Assembly: GCA_964510495.1 (NCBI GenBank)
Contig: CAZECR010000003.1
Location: 550-64,549, forward strand
Length of the DNA stretch: 64,000 bases
Origin: an uncultured Gammaproteobacteria bacterium
Lineage (GTDB): Bacteria; Patescibacteriota; Patescibacteriia; Magasanikbacterales; GWA2-37-8
Reading direction: 5' to 3'
Positions 57,604 to 64,000 of this stretch are shown here, piece by piece. The notes beneath the pieces were generated by a model. It was not told the origin of the DNA. It saw nothing but the letters and a program-made list of their open reading frames with translations, and searched no databases. A program made the position numbers and the translations under genes. Within the stretch, counting starts at the first letter, position 1. Every line of letters starts with the position of its first letter.

Positions 57604-59661
57604 ATGAAACGAACTATTGAACAGGTAGTTAAGCTCCTTATTTACGCTACTTTTTTTGTTCCCCTTGTTCTGGCTCCAAGTTCATTTATTTTCCCTTTTG
57701 TAGTACCAAAAGTATTGCTGTTTCGTTCGTTGGTTATTGTGATGCTTGGTGGTTATAGCGCCCTCCTATTTATTAACTACGAAGAGTATAGGCCGCGAAT
57801 TAGCCCTACAAGTTTGGCACTCGCTGGATTTCTTCTCAGTTTTGCCATATCAACTTTTGTTGGCTTTGATTCCTATCATAGTTTCTGGGACAACCACGAG
57901 CGTATGCTCGGCCTATTTACTATTGTTCATTACGTCATTTACTATTTTGTTTGTACTGCTGTATTTAAAAAATGGTCAGACTGGAAATTGGCCTTACAAA
58001 TTTTTTTAGGCGCGGGCTCAATTGTAATGTTCATCGGTATCCTCCAAAAATTAAACCCTGATCTACTCCTTAACCAAGGGAGCGATCGTGTTGCGAGTAC
58101 CCTTGGAAATGCCATTTATGTTGGTGGTTATGGACTCTTTTTGTCCTTTGTCGCCATGCTTTTATTAGTTAAGGAAAAAGTTCTGGGTAAAAAAATAGTC
58201 TATGGTATTTTTACCCTCATCGCCCTCCTTGGAATATTTTTTAGTGGCACGCGCGGTTCAGTACTTGGTCTGTTTGCAGGGCTTGCTGTAGTCATGCTCG
58301 GGTATGTTTTTCTTTTGAAGGGTAATACTAAAGTTCGCAACTCGTTATTAGGTCTGTTTGTGGGGGGAATTATTATTTTAGCTGTTTTATTCGCGCTTCG
58401 TGCCAACCCCTTTGTGCAAAAAATTCCAGCAATCGGACGCTTGGTTACGACTAGTCTAAGTGGTGGGACAAGCGATACTCGTTTAATCGCCTGGAAAATT
58501 GGTTTTGAGAGTTGGAAAGACCGTCCGATTTTTGGTTGGGGACCAAACAATTTTTTCTACGCCTTTAACAAATATTATAATCCACGTTCACTTGAGTATG
58601 GATATGGCGAAACCTGGTTTGATAATGCTCACAATATCATTGTAAATACTTTAACGGTACAAGGTATTTTTGGGGTGCTAACCTATCTTGCTATCTTTGT
58701 GGTAACACTCCTAACGTTGTGGCAGACTAAAGACAACCGCCAAAATAAAGTACATATAGTCGTGTGGGGTTCTGGTTTTTTAGTAGCACATCTGGTTCAG
58801 AACATTACTGTTTTTGAGAATCCAACTTCATACCTTTACTTCGTTTTTTGGTTAGCGTTCATAAATCGTTTAGCTGCTGCACCATCTTCAAGCGAAATTT
58901 CTTCAGGTGAAACCACTGCAAAGATAGCCTCGCCAGACCGTCCACTGGGTACAGGAGTTGCTACAGGAACTGTCCTTGCGGTGGGAATGCTTATTTTTAT
59001 TTTCAATATTCAACCTGCTCGCGCCAATCAAAAAACGTTAGCTGCCTTGCAAGAATTGTCGCGTAATCCAGCGCTCGGTCTTTCCGTTGCTAAAGAAGCC
59101 ATTGCTTTTAATTCTCCTCATATCGATGATATTAGAAGTGACATAGCCCGGACGATAACTGATATATTAGGTGCGAATTATCAAAAATTAGACAAAACTA
59201 TTAATACTGAATTGTTAAATACGGCCTATGCGGCACTGCAAGAAAATCTCAAGCTACATCCAGCGGACATTCGTACGTATCTTTTATTGTCACAGTTAGG
59301 GCAGTTAGGATTTACTGTTACCAATAATCCTAAATTTATTGCAGAGGCCGAAGGGTACATGGCCACAGGACTTACATACTCCCCGCGCCGTCAGCAATTT
59401 TTGTACACTTTGGCTAATTTTAAATTGCAGCTCGGTAAAAACGATGAAGCGATTGCTCTTATGCAGCAAGCCCTCGACGATAATCCAAAAATCATGGAGA
59501 CCTATTGGAGGTTTGCTTACCTCTACCAGCTTATGGGTCAAAACGAAAAAGCGCGTCAGATTTTGACGTTAGCACGTGAACGTGGGCTTAAGTTTACAGA
59601 TCAAGCTAAGCAGGTTGAAGCGATTGTTGTTTCGTCTACTCCTGGTAAGACTGGTAAATAG
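57604..59661 (+). CDS. Second O-antigen ligase family/TPR protein
   Basis: RVASTLGN, SGTRGS, TRLIAW, PIFGWG, FDNAHN; TPR tail. Confidence 0.85.
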   Translation: MKRTIEQVVKLLIYATFFVPLVLAPSSFIFPFVVPKVLLFRSLVIVMLGGYSALLFINYEEYRPRISPTSLALAGFLLSFAISTFVGFDSYHSFWDNHERMLGLFTIVHYVIYYFVCTAVFKKWSDWKLALQIFLGAGSIVMFIGILQKLNPDLLLNQGSDRVASTLGNAIYVGGYGLFLSFVAMLLLVKEKVLGKKIVYGIFTLIALLGIFFSGTRGSVLGLFAGLAVVMLGYVFLLKGNTKVRNSLLGLFVGGIIILAVLFALRANPFVQKIPAIGRLVTTSLSGGTSDTRLIAWKIGFESWKDRPIFGWGPNNFFYAFNKYYNPRSLEYGYGETWFDNAHNIIVNTLTVQGIFGVLTYLAIFVVTLLTLWQTKDNRQNKVHIVVWGSGFLVAHLVQNITVFENPTSYLYFVFWLAFINRLAAAPSSSEISSGETTAKIASPDRPLGTGVATGTVLAVGMLIFIFNIQPARANQKTLAALQELSRNPALGLSVAKEAIAFNSPHIDDIRSDIARTITDILGANYQKLDKTINTELLNTAYAALQENLKLHPADIRTYLLLSQLGQLGFTVTNNPKFIAEAEGYMATGLTYSPRRQQFLYTLANFKLQLGKNDEAIALMQQALDDNPKIMETYWRFAYLYQLMGQNEKARQILTLARERGLKFTDQAKQVEAIVVSSTPGKTGK

Positions 59662-60817
59662 CTTTGGTTGAAGCAAGCATCGCGTCAAGCGAATGTTCAT
59701 TTTGTTTGCGGGAGGTCGTTGCATATTCCCGCATGACTTCGGGATTAGCCAGGGCAAAAAGAATCTTTTCAGCAAGCAAGCCGGCTTCTGGTGTCTGTAC
59801 CAGGAGACCGGTTTTTTTGTCTTCAATAAGCGCCGGAATCCCTCCGACTGCAGTTGCTATAATTGGAACATTCGTAATGATTGCTTCAAGCAGAACGTAC
59901 GGCAGGCCTTCTTTGCGAGAAGGAAGTATAAAAAGATCAAAAGCTGGCATAAGGGCGGCGGCATTATCAAGGCTACCGGTTAAACGTATTAATTCAGTAA
60001 GTTCATATTTTTTAATGAGCGTTTCGATATGCGCTTGACCAGGCCCTTCCCCAATTAAAATAAACATGACTGGGGGTAATTTTTCTCTAATACGCTTAAT
60101 CGCCTCAATAAGAATATCAAGCCCTTTAGTGTTATAAAAATTGGCTATAGTACCGATCCAGCGTTTGGGTGTTGTGCTAGCTTCTCCAATGTACGCTGCC
60201 AGTACTTCGCGCGCTTTGGTGCTTCCCCACGTAGGATTTGGAGGAGTAATTCCAAGTGGAATACGTGAGAAGCTATTTTTAGAAAGTCCTAAAACCATTT
60301 CGCCTGATGCTAAATCTGCTTCTGATAAAACAATAATTTTGTCTTTACAGCGAGCGGTAAGACGTTCAAGCCAAACATACAGACTTCTGATTTTTGGTGA
60401 AAGTGTTTCATTAAATACCCAGCCGTGAACTGTGTAAAGGTATTTAGTGGGCTGGAAAAAAGTCCCAATTTTTGCAAAAGAGCCAATAATACCCGCTTTG
60501 GTGCTATTAAGGTGGACAATGGCTGGTTTGAGGCGGTGGTAAAGTGACGCTAATTCGACTATTCCTCGTAGATCTTCGACCGGTTTAATTGAACGGTGAA
60601 GGTGTTTGAGTTGTATCGTTGTGATACTTGATTCCGGGTGCTCGCTTTGCCAGTCTTCTAGTTTTTTTTGAAGATCATTGTTTGATGGTGATTCACCAAT
60701 AGCTACATATATTTCAAAAGTACCGGTCAGATTTGTTACCAGGTCAAAGATGTATCGTTGCGCTCCTCCCCATGCTCCTTGGGTGATGACGTAGAGAATT
60801 TTTATTTTTGAGTTCAT
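59636..60817 (-). CDS. GT4-family glycosyltransferase
   Basis: WGGAQRY, TVHGW, PSRKEGLPYVLLEA; 26-bp convergent overlap with the ligase gene. Confidence 0.92.
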   Translation of the reverse strand: MNSKIKILYVITQGAWGGAQRYIFDLVTNLTGTFEIYVAIGESPSNNDLQKKLEDWQSEHPESSITTIQLKHLHRSIKPVEDLRGIVELASLYHRLKPAIVHLNSTKAGIIGSFAKIGTFFQPTKYLYTVHGWVFNETLSPKIRSLYVWLERLTARCKDKIIVLSEADLASGEMVLGLSKNSFSRIPLGITPPNPTWGSTKAREVLAAYIGEASTTPKRWIGTIANFYNTKGLDILIEAIKRIREKLPPVMFILIGEGPGQAHIETLIKKYELTELIRLTGSLDNAAALMPAFDLFILPSRKEGLPYVLLEAIITNVPIIATAVGGIPALIEDKKTGLLVQTPEAGLLAEKILFALANPEVMREYATTSRKQNEHSLDAMLASTKAIYQSYQE

Positions 60818-60919
60818 ATTGACTTTTTAGGCTAAATACAGCATACTATAAGTACTAAAAAATGTCTAAATAGTGATTTTTTCGTAGCAAAATTTACTAT
60901 TTGGACCTAGTCTTTCTCT

Positions 60920-61876
60920 ATGCGTATTTTAGTAACTGGAGGCTCGGGATTTATAGGTTCGCATCTTTGTGAACGCCTACTTTCAGCAGGTCATACCGTT
61001 ATCTGTTTAGATAATTTGTTTACCGGATCGGAGACTAACATCAGGCACTTGCTGGATAACCCACAGTTTACGTTTATTGAACATGATATTGTTGAACCTT
61101 TTTTTTATGATGAAAAAATAGACCAAATTTATAATTTAGCTTGCCCAGCGTCCCCAGTCCATTACCAATATAATCCAGTACATACAACAAAGGCATGTAC
61201 TGTTGGAGTTATTAATATGCTTGGCCTGGCTCGTAAACATGGCGCGCGCATTCTTCAGGCTTCAACCTCAGAAGTGTATGGCGACCCCGAAGTGCACCCG
61301 CAATCAGAAACGTACCGTGGTAATGTGAACACGCTCGGCCCCCGTGCCTGCTATGATGAGGGTAAACGCTGTGCTGAAACACTCTTTCTAGACTATTATC
61401 GCATGCATGGTTTGGAGATTAAAATCATTCGTATTTTTAACACGTATGGTCCGCGCATGGCGTTCAATGATGGTCGGGTTATTTCAAATTTTTTGTATCA
61501 AGCGCTTAAGGGTGAAAAATTAACGATCGACGGTGACGGCTCGCAAACACGTAGTTTTTGTTATGTTGACGACTTGGTAGAGGGCATGATTGCGCTCATG
61601 AATACACCTCCTAAAGTCCAGGGGCCTATTAATGTTGGCAATCCGGTTGAATTTACTATTAAAGAACTGGCTGAAAAAATTGCTAAGCTTATTGGAAATA
61701 ACGCAGGTTTTGTTTTTTCAGGGAAGTTTCGAGAAGATGATCCGATGCAACGGTGCCCGGATATTCACTTGGCGCAAACAGTGCTTGGTTGGGAGCCGAC
61801 CGTTACGCTAGATGAAGGGCTTAAAAAAACTATTGATGATTTTAAAGCTCGACTGGACACTTCCCAGGTTGTATAA
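60920..61876 (+). CDS. UDP-glucuronic acid decarboxylase (UDP-xylose synthase) family SDR
   Basis: [56 protein letters not shown]. Confidence 0.92.
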   Translation: MRILVTGGSGFIGSHLCERLLSAGHTVICLDNLFTGSETNIRHLLDNPQFTFIEHDIVEPFFYDEKIDQIYNLACPASPVHYQYNPVHTTKACTVGVINMLGLARKHGARILQASTSEVYGDPEVHPQSETYRGNVNTLGPRACYDEGKRCAETLFLDYYRMHGLEIKIIRIFNTYGPRMAFNDGRVISNFLYQALKGEKLTIDGDGSQTRSFCYVDDLVEGMIALMNTPPKVQGPINVGNPVEFTIKELAEKIAKLIGNNAGFVFSGKFREDDPMQRCPDIHLAQTVLGWEPTVTLDEGLKKTIDDFKARLDTSQVV

Positions 61877-61884
61877 ATTTTAGT

Positions 61885-63576
61885 ATGGCAAAAAAATTCG
61901 TCTCTTCATTTTTTAGCCAGCTACCGCGGACCTTCGTGGTGTTATTTTTTGTAACAGCCATAATTCTTTTTTTCAGAATTACCCATGTCGACATGACTGG
62001 TGACGACGCTCATTACAGTGTCCGTGCAATAGGCCCAGTTGATTTTATGTTTGCGGAAATTAATGCTCAGTCTACGCCAATTCAATGGTTTGATAAACTG
62101 CCCCGGTGGGCTTCATTATCCTTTCACGACCATCCAAAACCTTTATTTCTTGTGCAGCATGTATTTTTGTCGATTCGACAAAATGTTTTTTTTGCCAAAC
62201 TGCCATATGCCTTATTTTCGCTCGGCACACTCGTTGTAATGTATTTTTTAGTTCGAAAATTTAAACCAGAAGCTGCCGTTGTATCAAGCGCACTACTGGC
62301 ACTCAATGCTCATTTTATTTGGGCAGGAAGAGTTGCTTATTTGGAAAGCGGTGTCATGTTTTTTATTTTGCTCGCAGTGTATTACTTCATTGTCTACGAG
62401 TCTAATACCAAATATTGGTGGAAATTCGGTATCGCACTTGGACTTGCCTTGAGTGTAAAATTTACCACCTTATTCCTTGTTCCATCCATACTACTTCTTG
62501 TAATTGTACGTCATCGAAGTTGGTTCCGGGATATACGATTCTACGGAGCTTTTGGTATCGCGCTTGTCATGCAGCTGCCTTTGATTATATATAATGTTTT
62601 AATGTACCAAACCACTGGACATTTTTCGCTTCAATTTGTCCGTTTATTTCATCAGTCCAGCCCGTGGCATCTTTCTGGTGTAAACTCAGTAACCGTTGGT
62701 GGTTTAGGTGAACTGTTCATAAGTTTGGGCCACCTTATTTCGTGGCCCCTATTAGTGCTTTTTATTGCTGCATTGGCCTATACCGTGTGGTGGAAGCGAC
62801 GTCTGACGTTTTTTATGTCGCTCGTTCTTTTTTTTACTATCCAGCAATTTTTTATTGGCCGTGATGGTTATATGCTCTCGATGTACGCAATTTTTATTGC
62901 GCCAATCTTAGGGCTTGCTTTTATTGATGTTAAAAATCGTTTAGAAATACTTTTTAACAAAAAGGCTCAAATTATTGCGAACGGGATCGCTCTGGTAGTT
63001 GCAATTTACTTGGGTATTTTTGTTGTTAATAGTCACTTGATGCCGGTACACTATGGCGTAATCGGCTGGGCACACAGCTCGTCTGTTTCGCAAAATTATG
63101 GCGCGGCTCAGCTCGATAGGTATTTGGACGATATTGTCGCTAAAGATCATGCCATAACACGGCTCGACCCCTTTGGAGACATTAAAATTAAAGACAGTAA
63201 CACAGCGCCCTTTCTTTTAAGGGTGTCTCAAGAAAAATTAACCGAAAGTGTTCATAATAGTAATATCATCATTTTTGATGAGCGCATCAGCTGGTTTAGT
63301 CGTGTGTGGTTATTTGAGCGTCGTCGTTTTTATCAGAATATTGCTGTGTTTTCGGTGTCCGAAACAAGCATCCTGAAACAGCTAACGATTAATAGTTTTT
63401 ATTTTATTAAAGCCGAAGAGGGTGCGCCGATAGATTCTGTAACCAAAAACTCTTCCTTAGCATCTTTGATGGAAGAAGAAGTGCTTAAAAGAGGTATTAA
63501 ACCTGATTATATTTACCGTGACGATGGAAAGCTGGCCTTTAAAGTGTATTACGTAGATCAGCGGATTCAAAAATAA
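61885..63576 (+). CDS. ArnT/PMT-like GT-C glycosyltransferase
   Basis: GDDAHY, DHPKPL, AKLPYALFS, GLALSVKF; multi-TM. Confidence 0.8.
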   Translation: MAKKFVSSFFSQLPRTFVVLFFVTAIILFFRITHVDMTGDDAHYSVRAIGPVDFMFAEINAQSTPIQWFDKLPRWASLSFHDHPKPLFLVQHVFLSIRQNVFFAKLPYALFSLGTLVVMYFLVRKFKPEAAVVSSALLALNAHFIWAGRVAYLESGVMFFILLAVYYFIVYESNTKYWWKFGIALGLALSVKFTTLFLVPSILLLVIVRHRSWFRDIRFYGAFGIALVMQLPLIIYNVLMYQTTGHFSLQFVRLFHQSSPWHLSGVNSVTVGGLGELFISLGHLISWPLLVLFIAALAYTVWWKRRLTFFMSLVLFFTIQQFFIGRDGYMLSMYAIFIAPILGLAFIDVKNRLEILFNKKAQIIANGIALVVAIYLGIFVVNSHLMPVHYGVIGWAHSSSVSQNYGAAQLDRYLDDIVAKDHAITRLDPFGDIKIKDSNTAPFLLRVSQEKLTESVHNSNIIIFDERISWFSRVWLFERRRFYQNIAVFSVSETSILKQLTINSFYFIKAEEGAPIDSVTKNSSLASLMEEEVLKRGIKPDYIYRDDGKLAFKVYYVDQRIQK

Positions 63577-63583
63577 TACCTGT

Positions 63584-64000
63584 ATGTCAAAACGTATCCT
63601 TATTTTTTCGACAGCCTATCTACCATTCATCGGTGGCGCAGAAGTGGCTGTAAAAGAAATTACCGATCGGTTGGGTAACGATTTTGAGTTTGTCATGATT
63701 ACTCCTCGGCTTGACCCCGCATTGCCAGCAGAAGAAAAAATTGGCGCTATTCAGGTGCACCGTCTAGGTAGTGGAAAGTCATTCGATAAATATCGTTTAA
63801 TCTGGGAAGGTCCCAAAAAAGCAACCAAACTCGGCAGCTTTGATGCGGTATGGGGTATTATGGCCAGTTACGCGGGTTTTGCTGCTCGGAGATATAAAAA
63901 ACAAAACCCTGCGGTACCTTTTTTGCTTACACTTCAGGAAGGTGATAGTACGTGGCATATTTATAAACATGTCTGGTGGTGCTGGAGGTATTTTAAACAG
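63584..64000 (+). CDS. GT4-family glycosyltransferase, truncated at the window edge
   Basis: MSKRILIFSTAYLPFIGGAEVAVKEITDRL...LLTLQEGD; open to the end of the window. Confidence 0.85.
   Translation, partial: MSKRILIFSTAYLPFIGGAEVAVKEITDRLGNDFEFVMITPRLDPALPAEEKIGAIQVHRLGSGKSFDKYRLIWEGPKKATKLGSFDAVWGIMASYAGFAARRYKKQNPAVPFLLTLQEGDSTWHIYKHVWWCWRYFKQ

Noticed and set aside
59636-59661. 26-bp convergent overlap between the ligase and GT4 genes
   Set aside because: Short tail-to-tail overlaps are common in compact genomes
1-64000. CRISPR array, prophage or IS element
   Set aside because: No regularly spaced direct repeats, and no cas, transposase, integrase or phage structural genes were recognised

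Overview
A 64 kb segment of a low-GC bacterial chromosome. The gene content (giant pilin-anchored cysteine-rich protein, DUF5667-like anti-sigma, O-antigen-ligase/TPR fusions, mostly SD-less housekeeping genes) points to Patescibacteria/CPR, probably Parcubacteria-ABY1; this is an inference. It holds housekeeping genes (lepB, hisS, rpsU, ybeY, dgkA, ftsA, ftsZ, nrdR, pyk, glyA, metK, arfB), three tRNAs, a 14.7 kb surface-appendage locus including a 3376-aa protein, and an ECF sigma/anti-sigma/S-layer/glycosylation locus. Main observations: (1) an Elp3 gene sits head-to-head, about 10 bp apart, with a Trm9/ALKBH8-like methyltransferase, a candidate eukaryote/archaea-type mcm5U34 wobble pathway in a bacterium. 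(2) Eight dispersed GC-rich orphan genes share a design of strong Shine-Dalgarno, often a boxA-like motif plus long 5' hairpin, and a GC-rich 3' hairpin; several look like catalytically dead signalling folds. (3) A leader-peptide attenuator, a structured metK leader with alternative terminator/antiterminator pairing, and a perfect 40-bp palindrome beside an HTH gene. All assignments come from motif reading by eye; no searches or folding programs were run.
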